The notes beneath the pieces are model-generated. The model ran no database searches. It saw only the letters and a program-made list of their open reading frames with translations, and was not told where the DNA came from. The position numbers and the translations under genes are program-made. This document shows positions 39,003 through 51,837 of a stretch of 64,000 bases of DNA, one piece after another. This stretch comes from Camelus dromedarius (Eukaryota). Location of the stretch: contig NC_087437.1 of NCBI RefSeq assembly GCF_036321535.1, forward strand, positions 24,120,001 through 24,184,000, written 5' to 3'. Positions within the stretch are counted from its first letter, which is position 1, and each line of letters opens with the position of its first letter.

Positions 39003-41654
39003 TATTTCGTTTACTTCTTTATCTTTCAAAATTCAATTCCAACATCAGAATCAATATGATTTATTGAAGGAATGAATTGAAGTTTACTATCTTGGTCACC
39101 AACACACTATCTGAAGAGTAAAACTTGAGGGCTAGTTAGAGATGTAGCGGAGATGCAAATTAATAGATCACCCACTCTTTATTATTTAAAAGTTAATATT
39201 TTAGTTAAATAATGGAGCCTAAGCAATGTTACAATCTAAGTAGATCATTCTCATATAGCAAGATCTCTCTCTAGTAAATATCTGGAATCGAGTATTTTTT
39301 CACACTTCTTTTTCTATTAGCTTTAATGAGATCTAACTCATATTCCCAGATATGAACTTGATGTTTATTACCCTTAATCCTATATTCACACTAAACTATC
39401 TTTGGACTGGCTTTCTAGTTTCAGATTATCTTGAAGTAAAAATACCATATTCAGTTCAACTGTTGAAAAAGTATTTATTAAACTATTATGCTGATAATGG
39501 ATAGGCTTTATTGTATTTGAATTTATTTACTGTATTTTCAGTGCTGTACAGCTCCTCATCGGCCAAAAGATTCAGGACCTTTCCCCTTGTCTCCTCTGGG
39601 CTTAAGTCATCTGTTTTGTCTTTATCACATAGCCAAAAAAGGAAAAGGAAAACTAATTGTGTAGGTTTCTTCTTTTACGCGTTATAGTATACCACCAACG
39701 CTCCTATCAAAATTCTGTCTAATCCGGTGACTATTTTCCTCTTGACTCTTTAAAAATAAAATAGTCCATCACTCATCAAAAATCATTGACTTGTTTTAAC
39801 TTGAAATTTAAATTGAATTGTTTACCCTTAGCAACATGCCAACAGCAACTGAGCTCACAGAACTTAAGCAAAGGTCCTCAAATCATCTGTTTTTGGAAAA
39901 GTCTATTTTTGTTTATTACATGTATTTTATGTTCTTTTATACTTAAAAGATTTGAGGCAGATTTTAAATTAGGAGGTGAAGCAGTATATTCTTTATACAG
40001 AATAGAATTTCTTACTGAGTTTTCAGAAGATTAACTTAAAATAGCGTTTAGCAAATGGAGCTTGTGTCAAGTTTAAAAGACCACGAAAGACAAAAACTCA
40101 TGGATTAGAATAATTATTCCAGTCATTCATTTTACACATGAAGAAACTGAAGCCAAGAGAGTACAGACAAAATTGTATGCAGAGGAATGATCTTGAAAGG
40201 GCTTTTAATTTTAGGTTCAGAAATTGTTTGAGAATTGTTCCTGGTACTGTTGAGGAACAAAGAAGTGTGCTTGCAGATAAACATACATGCATCAAAATTA
40301 CTTAGTTCATTACGGGGAGTGCCTCAGTACTGTGGGAGGTTTTAAAGCCAATGGGAGATTGAGTTTTGTGTATTGGAAGAAGAGAGTCGGTTGAGAAATG
40401 GCATAGAGAAAGTTCAGTATGACTTAATTGTATAGTTTGTGACAGTGCTGGCTGACAAAATGGACTGCGGTGGGAGAAGTGGGGTCAAGGACACCTGTGA
40501 GAAGATGACTGCATTTGATCCATCTGTGACTTAACTGGGGTCTGGAGAAAGACTATAGAGATGAAAATATGGTGAAGAAAAACTCAACAGGAGTTGCATT
40601 GCATATTCACGTATTAAGTTCTAAGGATAGCCTTGTGACATTGAAATTAGTCTTGTCAAAATTTGAAAAATAGCAATAAATCATTAATAAATAAAGCAGG
40701 AAAAAGTTATCATTAAAGAGGACAAAGATTAAGGATGAAGGCATCCAAAATTGGGGATTTATTTTATTTTTTTTGTAGAATAAGTGAACTAAGCTCACAT
40801 TCGTATTTCCTCAGGAATTGCTGCTAGCAAATTATTTTAAACATAATAAAAAATGGTAGCTTCTTTTTTTAACAATAAATTAATATGTATTTAAATTGGC
40901 CACGTAAAAAGATTTTAATTGCACCTCGCCTTTTGTACTGTCTGTATTTAGCAGTAATAGTCAGAGGGTCTATCCTTTAGACCTGAGAACCAGTCTACGT
41001 GACAGCACACATATGCAGTGATGAAGGCCAGGAGAAAAAATGCCTTTGCTTTCATACAACCTTTGTACTAAAGTCATTTGCCAACGTGGAAAACACTCCC
41101 TATTCTTTCTTCTCAGTGATGTTTACGGTGAGGAGGTGGTGGCGTATTGTTTCACAGTGTGCATTTGCACGTTGTTTGGATGCTAAGCATGCCACCCCGG
41201 AGGACCTGGAGCTGGTGGGAAAGCTCAGCATCACATCCTCTGAAGTGGGAAAACAGCTCTGATGTATTGCCCCTTTCCTCTTTTCCTTAGTTGCTCAGCC
41301 CCCTACCGTGTTTTCCACCCTAGAAGTCTGAATGGCAATGCAAAGCAAAAACATCGTCAGGGCTAAGGAGAATTCTAACCTAAAACCGTCAGTATGCAGG
41401 CAGTCGTTAATTTACAGCACTTTGTGAAAAGGGAGTTATATCACACTTAAAAGCTGGGGAACTTCATGAAAAAGAACTAGCTGAACTAAGGTTGAGAAAA
41501 TAACTTTTTAAAAGTGATTACTCCAAGCTTATGAGATTTGGCCATTTCCCTGAGTAAAAGATGTCCAAGATTTCTTACCACAACCCTTTTTTTAGTAGAT
41601 GCTTTGGTTTGTGAAAATTGATGTTGAAATCCCAAGAATTATTTGATAATGGTC

Positions 41655-42127
41655 TGTGGTGGGTTGAATTACATTCCATAAAAAGGCTATGCTGAAGTCC
41701 TAACCCCTGGTACCTATGAGTGTACTTGGGAATAGGGTCTTGAAGACGTAATTAAGTGACGATAAGCTCATACTGGATTAAACTGGACCCTAAATCTGAT
41801 GACTAGACTCTTAATAAATAAGGAGAGGAGATTTGGAGACACAGAGGCGCACACACACAGAGGGAAGGGAGCCACGTGAAGGCAGAGGTGGATACTGGAG
41901 TGATGCAGATACAATGCAAAAAATGCCAATGATTGTCAGCGGCCACCAGGAGCTAGGAAGACGCAAGGAAGAATTCTTCTCTAGAACCTTCAGAAAGAGC
42001 ATGGCCCTGACAACACCTTGATTTTAGACTCTTGGCTTCCAGAACTGTGAGTGAGTACATTTGTGTTGTTATAAGCAACTCAGTTTGTGAAAAAATTTTC
42101 ATAACATCCCTAGGAAACCAATATACA
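41655..42127 (+). mobile_element. MLT1B/C-like solo LTR
   Basis: TGTGGTGGGTTGAAT...GAAGTCCTAACCCCTGGTACCT...CACCTTGATTTTAGAC...CTAGGAAACCAATATACA. Confidence 0.85.
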
Positions 42128-42216
42128 CTCTGAACTATATTTTTCTCTAATTATAAATCATCCACTTATTGTTATAACATTTTTATTTTCTCATTGTTAA
42201 AAAAAAATCAGTTCCA

Positions 42217-42350
42217 GGGGGAGGGGGATAGGGTATAGCTCAGTGGTAGAGTGCATGCTTAGCATGCATGAGGTCCTTGGTTCAATCCCCGGTCCCTCCA
42301 CTAAAAAGAATAAATAAACCTAATTATCTCCCCTACCCCCCCCAAAAAAA
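42217..42350 (+). mobile_element. tRNA-Ala-derived SINE (Vic-1 type)
   Basis: GGGTATAGCTCAGTGGTAGAGTGCATGCTTAGCATGCATGAGGTCCTTGGTTCAATCCCC with TSD AAAAAAATCAGTT(T)CCA. Confidence 0.9.
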
Positions 42351-42588
42351 TCAGTTTCCAATTTATGTTGAGAAAGACTTCTAGTAACCTTGGGAACTTC
42401 TGAACAGAATATGCAAATTTAAAGGGAAAGAAGCATTTCATCACCTTAATGAATCAATGTCAATTGTGTGAAGATGAATGTTCTCATTTCCATCTTTAAT
42501 CTGGCCTTGGCTCCTCCTGCAGGCATCTCAGGAGAAAACTATATGGCCTGTTAACTTCCCATGAGTCTCAGAAGGAGTAACTGATGAG

Positions 42589-42619
42589 GGTGGTGGTGGT
42601 GGTGGTGGTGGTGGTGGTG
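42589..42619. repeat. (GGT)n microsatellite
   Basis: About ten perfect GGT units. Confidence 0.95.
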
Positions 42620-43429
42620 ATTACTAGAAACAGGATAATTCATCTCTTAACTCAGTTTAGTTTGGTAAGAATTTGTTAGCATTTACTGATACATTGTACA
42701 CACACACATATGTATAAATAGGTAGAGTGTGCATAAACACATATATCTGCCTTTTGGATAAAAATGTTGTAGGTTTCCCTTTCCCTTTATTGTAGCTTGG
42801 ATTCCCCAGGAAACAAAGCTTGAAGTAAAGGAGTATATGGGAGATTTTACCGGGGCATATGACATATACACACATATTTACTGGGGGAGCAAAGCGTGGA
42901 AGGAGGGAGTTTTGCTATAACTTTTTTTTAATCAAGTTGGACCTTTATTTGGGAAATTCTGGAGTTAATAATTTAATGATAAACTCCTCTACCTCCAAAA
43001 TAGAGTCAATGGATATAGCCTTCCACCTCCTTGACTGAAATAACCCAGGCCCTCCCTAGAGGTCACCAGTTCTTTTGCAATCCACCAAGCAGAGGCAGCT
43101 TAATCTTTCACACTTAGTATGTTGTAGGACCCCAGTGAGATCAGAGAGTCTCTTTGCTTCCCCTGAAGCATTAAGTTACCATGTCTTAAATTTCTGACCC
43201 CTTCCTCTGATTCTCACAATCTTTCTATGCACTCCAACCACTGCCAACAATTATAATGACTTCAACATTCTCTGAAAGGATTTACCAAACAGGTGGACTC
43301 TCAGTTTTTGGATCTTCTTGTTTCCAGAGGCCTTCTTTACACTTGAGTTCAGCCATTGTCTGCAACCGTTAACCTTAACCTTTTATTTTACCAATACCTT
43401 CAACTACATTGTCCCTATATCTCATGAGT

Positions 43430-43830
43430 AGAGGCCTAAATCTAGGAGACCCCATGTCCAAGCTGCTTCCCAGAAAACGGGTTGTCCTCTTTGGCCGCAA
43501 AATGAAGAGGTCATGTGTCACAAAACTGAAGGCAGCCTGTAGCCGGTAGCCAGCGAGAAACTAAGGCTCACAGCCCACAAGTAAGTAAATCATGCCAGCA
43601 ACCATGGGAGTGAACTTGGAAGCCAATCATTTCCCCAGCTGAGCCTTGAAATGACTGAAGCCCTAGCTAACACCTTGATTACCATCTTGTGAGAAGCCCA
43701 GAGCCACAGGTACCCAGCTGAATGTGTCTAGATTCCTGACCCATTGAAACTCTGAGATAATAAAAGTTATTTTTTAAGCCATTAAGCTTTGTTGCAACTT
43801 GTTATTCAGCACTAGATAACAAATATATCT
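43430..43830 (+). mobile_element. MLT1F/G-like LTR
   Basis: ATCATGCCAGCAACCATGGGAGTGAACTTGGAAGC...CCCCAGCTGAGCCTT...GATTCCTGACCCA...CACTAGATAAC. Confidence 0.75.
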
Positions 43831-46800
43831 CTGCCCCCCCCAAAATTAAAAAAAAAAAAAACCCAAAATTCATTCCATTGGAAATTGACATAAATGCTGA
43901 AAACCAGTGTTTTCTAATAAGGTAATTATTAAGTGGAAAGCAACAGTAGAGCCTCTAAGAAAATTGTCAGAATAAAAGAAAATAGATGAAGGGAGGAACA
44001 GATACCCTGGGTTACACCCCATGAATGCATCCAAATTTCTACCTTTCCCATAAAAGTGCTGTTGGTGCCATTACTATTTATGGTTGGCTCCTAAGGACTC
44101 AGTATTCTAGTCAAATAGTACATAATGAGTAGAATGACTCTAATGCATTTTTAAGCCCTTTTTCCAGCACATATGAGCAACTTAATAACACTTATTTCCT
44201 CCTCTTTCCAGCCTTCCCCCGCTCAGACAGTTTTTGTAGTAACAGTTTTATCTTACCTGAGGATGGTTTTTCCCAAATTCTTCTTTGCACCCTTTCTTCC
44301 CCTTGTTGCATGTAAGGACTATGATAGTAATACTAAAGCAGTGACAATGACTGAAGGGTCCAATCATAAGTAGTTATGGGCCATTCAGGAGCAGGTCACT
44401 ATCATTAACCTTTGTCGCTCCATGGTTAGACTCCATGGTTCCCGTGTGGACAGTGCAGACACTTTGATGTCTCTGTTCTAAATTTATCTTAAGATGGGCT
44501 TGCACTATGTTTTGAGGGCTTATATCTCAAAAATGTTATAGCTAAGCCAATTTAGACACCAGTGTACTGTTCCCATAGTTTAAGTATGGTACCAATTCAA
44601 TCGGTGGCATAAAATTTTGGATTAGTGTAAGGATTAACAATATGGATGAGTTACTTAGTCTCTCATTGTCTCAGTTTATTGATCTGTCGGATGGGGATAT
44701 AATCATCTCTACTTCATGGATGTTGTGAGGATTAAATGAGTTTAATATTCAAATTACTTAAAATAGCATCTGGCACATAGGGAATCCTAAATGTCAACTG
44801 TATAGGCCAAATATAAACCTTCCAAAAGTAGGGAAATCTCACTTCTGTAAAACAATCTCCAAAAAGTTTTCACATACTTTAATCTCACCCTACTGTGACA
44901 GAAAACGTTGAGGAAGAAATGACAGGGGGTATTGTCATGAAGAAACAAATGTCTAAAGAAATTAAATGATAAGCATCAAATCTCATAAATGTCAGGGCTA
45001 AGATTTGAATTTAAGTTTTTCTTCTGAAAATTTTTTTCTGTAGTTTCTTCGGTCTGCTTTAGAGAGGCAATAGGTGTCAAAAAAAAAAAAAAAAGAGATC
45101 GGTAGGTCAGTTGTATTGGATGAGGATTCAATGTTTGAGAGTTTTCTACCCTTTTTAGGCACATAGTCACGCTCAGTCTTTCTAGCACAGAACAAGGCGG
45201 GCGGTGTGGTGGGGATTTAGCAAAGATTTGAATGGAATATGTGTGAAAGGATAAAGTATTGCTGTTATGCATGGACACCCCTTTGGGCTGCCATCACCCA
45301 GTAGCTCATTGAGCTTGGGATGATGTTCTCCTGTGTTTGTTTGTTTGTTTTGTCAGTATCCGACGGTAACATAGTAATTTGTGGCCAGTGTTTAAGAGTG
45401 TTGGGATAATAATGCTCAGGACAGTACTTCTCAGTCTTTCTTGGGAGTGTCTTTGCTTCGTGTGTGTTTTAAGATTAAGAAAATGTCCAATCTCACCATT
45501 TGCTAGAGTGAAACAAAACCACTAAATAAAGCAGGATGTGCACCTCGTATTTTATGGTCATTGAATGATGTTTCTGGCTCTGACATAAGCCAGTACATTG
45601 TTTTTAGCTGTACAAAAATTCAATAACATGAAAAGGGCCACGCTCATGAAAGTGAGTAAGCCGTCTATTAATCAGTCCATTCGGGGGGGTTAAATCTCTT
45701 TTTTTCTTCGCCTCACTCTCATTTAATGCATGGTTGGCAAGAGTCGTGGATGTCAGAAGAATGTAATGGAAAAAATATCCAAAAGCCTGTTTTTATGTCT
45801 AGATGTAGTGTCTTTTTATATTTTACTTTTTTAGTTTTATAGGAATTCACTGTCAGCAGAGAGCTATCAGGTCCTAGTGTTCAGCTGTAGCTCTGGCGAA
45901 AGCACCGCCTGTCTACTTCTGGCTTGTGAGAGTTTCTTTCCTTTGGGGTGGTGGCTGGTGCCAGAATGAGAGGAAATATCATGCCCTCCGAGAGGCAAGA
46001 GCAGCTGGCGCCATTGCCCTGGTGTTTATGGGATATTATAGGCATAAAGGCACATTTGGAACTGGTTGGGGAAAGAACTTAATGCTTCTTTCTTTTATCT
46101 TTATAATCCACTTTCCTAGCAAGGATTATCCTACCATTCATACTAAATTTAGCAAATGCAGATTAAAAAAAAGGGAAAAAAATGCTAGGCTGCCACAGGG
46201 TACTCTGAGAAGGCAATGTATGTGCTGGGTAGATAAACTGCCTTTTATCAAATGAAACAATAAAGACACAAAGAAACTTGCTCAAATTGGGTTTTTGTTT
46301 TTTGTTTTTTGTTTTTTTTTTTGAACAATGAAAGCCATTTTTGTAAGAATTAACCAGAGGGAGTTGTACATCTGGAAAGCGGTAAACACATAGTTTCTGT
46401 TTGGGAGAAAACTGGCATTATGGCCAAAAAAATTATACATCTGCGCTACAATCCAAATTTGTCAAGCCGGGGGTGTCATGGAGGGAATTTGCTACCAGAA
46501 ATTTGCATTCAGTGGCATTTTTCACTATTTATTTTCAAAGACATTTTCCTTCATTTCTGGCAGAATTTTTATAGTGTGTATTTCATGAAGAGTTACAGAA
46601 ATTTAATATAACAAAATCAGTAAAGTTTCAACATAGCAAAATGAGGCTCCAAGGATCATCATGGTGACTTTGGTTTTACTTCCCTATAGAAGTCAGGTCT
46701 CAGGCAAATTTTGCAGATCACAGAAGTTACTCCTTGGTGCTCTGTTGTCTGCTTTTTTATACTCTTGTACTTTTCATAATTCCTTCCCATTATTTTTTCC

Positions 46801-47717
46801 CTGACCATGTAAGAGAGGCCATTTTGGTGCTTATTCCCCACCCTTCCAATGTCATCAGGACTTAGGACATTGACAATTGCTTTATTCACTTATTAAATAA
46901 TTAGTTCAGCAGACCAGAGGAGCAAGCATGGCCCATAGACTTGAGAAGGTACTTCCAAGTACAAAGATGAGTACTTATTGAGTCAATATGGAATTGTGAA
47001 CTTTTACTCAAAATATATAAAAATGTTGCATAAATGAAAGCTATTAAATAGTATACAATTGAGCTCAAAAAAAAAAAAGATAGAAAGAATGTTGCCACAT
47101 GCTGTTACTCAATCAAGAGCACAAAGTCAGTGCAGGGTTGAAGTCAGGGTGGGTCTAAGGTTTTCTAACATAAATTTAAAATTTATGGGATTAGTTCATG
47201 GGTTTTGTTACCCAAGTAACTTTGCAAGAAGAAGCCCCTCATGTCTTGAAAGGCATGCAGCTTCCATATAAATGCAAGACCATGAGGCATACTCTGCTTA
47301 TTCCCCTGGAATGTGGTATGGAACTGTTCAACTGCCCATAGGTCTAGGGGGAAAGAGTGACCCAGGAGAAATTGGAACACAAGCATACCCACATACAGCT
47401 AGGAGATTAGAATTTTTATTCCCAATGTTTTGAAAGTAAATTTTACTCCTCTCAGAGGTAAACTCAAAAATTATGGGTATGCTTACATCTGAAAAAATGA
47501 GTACTCCTTGGAAAAACAATGCCCACTGGAGATAATCATACCATCAAAAATCACCCACCACATGATGAAATAAACAGCTATGAAAGAGTCAATAGATGCC
47601 ACAAAGATATGGCAAATGGAATTCAGTTATAACAGTTGATATTCAATGGATTATTTGGAACAAGATTTTAATATTTGTCACAGTATTTTAGTTGTTCTCA
47701 AAGTTAAAAAATGTAGT

Positions 47718-47910
47718 TTTTTTTATTGATGTTTGACTTACAGTGTTAGTTTCTGGTGTATAGCAAGGTGATTCAGTTTTTTATACATATGTATATATAC
47801 ACACATATATATATAACTTTTATATTCTTTTTTTAAATATTCTTTTTCATTATAGGTTATTACAACATAATAAGTGTAGTTCCCTGTGTTATATAGTAGG
47901 AACTTGTTTA
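47718..47910 (-). mobile_element. Short L1 3' end
   Basis: TTTTTATTGATG...GTTAGTTTCTGGTGTATAGCAAGGTGATTCAG...GTAGTTCCCTGTG. Confidence 0.85.
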
Positions 47911-49459
47911 TCAAAAAATTATGTAAACTCATAATACTCCTACTTATGTCTATCATTTAACTGAATGTCATTTAAAGGAATTTTTTTTTTCTTCTGGAGT
48001 TTGAAGGAGGATTTCATGGGCTTGCTCACTCATGCCCTCAACAAATATTTATGGAGAGCTATATCATACCAAGTACCATGCAGCATAGATACAGCACAAA
48101 AATGACGCTGTCAGTGTGGCTAAGGAGATAAAGCCTAGTGAGGCAGGGAGACCGGTAAGTGAGCGGTTATATTTCAGTGTGCTAGATTAATGACGTAAAT
48201 AAACAGCACAGCACACAATGATCTTGAGTTAACCTAACTTTTTCCAATGCTAGAGAAAAGTTGGGTTTACCTTGGTTAAGTTTTTGAACTTAATGTATTG
48301 GGAAAAATGTCCTATAGGCACCCGAATGAAATAAAAATTTACCTTAATAGGAATCACAGATCAAATCTGCCTCAAATGTTTACTCTATAACCAGAACTCT
48401 AGAAGATTTAGCAATGTCTACACAACTCTTGGTGAAGAAAATGGCATGCCCCCAAATTCAGTACATCTAAGTTTTCAGTCACATGAGAAATCAATTGAAA
48501 GACAACCTTTACATATATAGGAGCTCAGAAAGTATGTCACTATGATACTCAATGAAAAAAAGTTAATGGAAAGCACATTGCAATTGAACCAGAGATAAAC
48601 CAAAATAAAGACTAGGAAGATTGGACTACAAAAGATATAATCCCAAAGCAAATATAATTCCAAAATAAAAGTCAAGTGTTAAAAATTATTCTTGTAGAGG
48701 AAAATACATTCTCTGAAATAAATATAACAAGAATCCTCAGGTGTTTGGGGCTGTCAGGGCAGTACTGTATTGGTCAGTAAGAAGAAGGACCTTATTAAAG
48801 TTGGGGGGAAAAGCTAAAAAGAATGTGATTGATCTTTTCTTAAGTGAGATTGGTATAATGTAAATCTGTGTTCAACTCAGGAAGTATTATGGCAACATTA
48901 GTGACATGACCAGGGTTCATGGAACCAAAACTGCACCAAATGGCCTCAAGTTCATATTTTATTTTAGTCAGCCTTGTTGATTGACAGGGTGATCATACTC
49001 CATCTACAGATTTTGATTTATTTTAATTACTGGAGTTGTTTAGGACAAAAATTGCCTGACCAACTTTCCTGAAATTGATCTTTTCTGTGATAAAAAGTAT
49101 ATTCTTGAAAAAAGGTAGTCTGTGATTTAAATTTTTGCTGAGAGCAGAACTGTCAAAGGTTATTTACTCCCTTTGGTGTCTTTTCTGTGTGTTTTACTAA
49201 AAAGTTCCACAAATAAATCCCAAAGACCTCTATGAACAGTACCAATGGTTTCATCAAATCTGGAACAAGATAATGAAAAGCATAATAAAGACAAAGACAA
49301 ATGATTTGAAATAAGTGGTCAATATTTTCACCAAGGAGTACCATGAAAAAATAGAAAATACTTGCTAGTCTATTTATGCATGATCTGTTACCATCTTTAT
49401 GTTTTGTTTGTTAGAAAAGTCAAAAGACTAAAGAAGTTCAGGTTTATGATGGGACTTCT

Positions 49460-49718
49460 TTTTTTAATTTTATTTTTTATTGACGTGTAGTTGATTTACA
49501 ATGTTAGTTTCAGGAGTACAGCAAAGCAATTCAGTTATATATATGTATATTATATATGTATATATGTATTTATATATGTATATATACATATTTTTTCAGA
49601 TTCTTTTTTATCACAGTTTATTAAAAGAAATTGAGTATAGTTCCCTGTGCTATACAGTAGGTCCTTGTTGTTTATCTATTTTCTATGTAGCAGTGTGTAT
49701 CTGTTAGTCCCAAATTTC
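49460..49718 (-). mobile_element. Short L1 3' end with TSD
   Basis: L1 3'UTR motifs flanked by TATGATGGGACTTCT (49445-49459) and TATAATGGGAATTCT (49719-49733). Confidence 0.85.
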
Positions 49719-50529
49719 TATAATGGGAATTCTAATACAACTTTAAGATAAAGGTAAATTAGTTCTGGGCAAAAGTTATCAGTTGAAAAAAATAATCTGG
49801 ATCAACATACAGGTTAATAAGAATCAAAATTCAAAAGTTAGAAAGGCAGCAATGAAAAATAATAAAATTTCCTCGTCTTATGAAGAGGAGAAAGCAACCA
49901 CTACTGTAACTTAAGTACGATTGGAGAGTGATCTGTGTTTTAAAATAGGAAATGAAAAGTCTAGGAGAATTAAAACAGGCTATTTGCTTTTCAAATCACC
50001 AGAGAATAAAAATTAAACAGAAAAAAAGGAAGAACATAAAATAAAAAAAAAAAATTATTAAAATAAAGAATGGTGACTAGGAAATCTGAAAATAAAAAGA
50101 GTAAACACTACACTCTTTAACATCACAGTGAAACACATTAAAATAAATCCTCATCCACAGTGTATTAAATTTATCCTAAATATATATTTCTATCATAAGT
50201 GTTTTTGGAGTTCATAGATCAGAATACGCTTCTGGCCCTTATAAATGTTATTATATGAAGGTTTTGAAAAGGTAATTAGCTTACTATATTAAAAACAAAG
50301 AAAAAAATGTGAAGATGTAATGGGTTATTGCATTCAAATTAAACTCAAATTATTTCATTATGATTTAACTTGTGTTATACAGTGATTCAATCAGTTTTCT
50401 TATTTTGTAGTTGGATTCATTATATTATTTGTCATAATCAAATAATATTTATTCAATTTGGTAAAAGCCATCACTCTAAAATCATATTGAACAAACATAG
50501 ACACACAGACGCACACACACACACACACA

Positions 50530-51209
50530 TCACATCTTATCTGTCATTCATCTGTTGATGGACACTTAGGTTGATCTGTATCTGAGCAATTGTAAATAAT
50601 GCTATTATGAACACTGGGGTGCATGTATCTTTTTTAATTAGTGTTTTGTTTTTCTCAAATATATACCCAGGAGTGGAATTGCTGGGTCATATGGTAGTTT
50701 TATTTTTAGTTCTTTTGAGAAACCTCCATAATCTTTTCCACAGTGGCTGCACCAATTTACATTCCTACCAACAATGTACAAGGGTTCCCTTTCTCCACAT
50801 CCTCACCAACATTTGTTATTTGTGTTCTTTTTGAGGATAGCCATTCTAACAGGTATGAGGCAAAATCTCATTGTGGTTTTGATTTGCATTTCCCTGATGA
50901 TTAGCAATGTTGAGCGTCTTTCATGTGCCTGTTGGCCGTCTGCATTTCCTCTTTGGAAAGATGTCTATTCAGTTCTTCCACCCATATTTAAAATCAGGTC
51001 ATTTATTTTTTTTGATGTTGAGTTATATGAGCTGTTTATATATGTTGGATATTAATCCATTATCGGTCATATCATTTGCAAATATTTTCTCCCATTTAGT
51101 AGGTTGTCTTTTCATTTTGTTGATGGTTTCTTTTGCTGTGCAAGAGCTTTTAATTTGGTCCCATTTGTTTATTTTCCCTTTTATTTTTCTTACTTTAGGA
51201 GACAGATCC

Positions 51210-51244
<35 letters not shown>

Positions 51245-51747
51245 AGGGCATAACCCACGGCAACCTACAGATTCAATACAATCCCCATCAAAATGCCAAA
51301 ACTAGATTTTTCACAAAACTAGAACAAATTGTTTTTAAAATTTGTATGGAAACACAAAAGACTCCAAATAGCCAAAGCAGTCTTGAGAAAGGTATCACAC
51401 TCCCTGACTTCAGACAATACCACAGAGCTCCTGTAATCAAAACAGTATGCTGCTGGCACAGAAACAGACATACAGGTCAATGGGGCAGGATAGAGAGCCA
51501 GAAATCAACCCAGACACTTACAGTCAGTTAATCTATGACAAAGGAGGCAAGAATATACAGTGGAGAAAAGACAATCTCTTTAGTAAGTGGTGCTGGGAAA
51601 ACTGGACAGCTACATGCAAAGGAATGAAATTAGAACATTCTCTAACACCATATACAACAATAAACTTAAAATGGATTATAGACTGAAATGTAAGACCATA
51701 TACTATAAAACTATAAAATTGCAGTAGTATTTTTTTTGGATCCATCT
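50530..51747 (-). mobile_element. L1 with inverted 5' part (minus 50530-51210, plus ~51260-51747) and (TAAA)n at the junction
   Basis: Antisense ORF2 C-terminus followed by a sense ORF2 piece ([26 protein letters not shown]). Confidence 0.85.
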
Positions 51748-51798
51748 CATCTTGCCTGAGCTATAAGGGCTTTCATGGTGCACTGACTCCTTTATTCA

Positions 51799-51800
<2 letters not shown>

Positions 51801-51837
<37 letters not shown>
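51801..51837. repeat. (TA)n(GA)n compound microsatellite
   Basis: Direct inspection. Confidence 0.9.

Noticed and set aside
42230..42300. Functional tRNA-Ala gene
   Set aside because: Imperfect acceptor stem, A-rich tail and TSD mark it, and the two similar copies, as SINEs.
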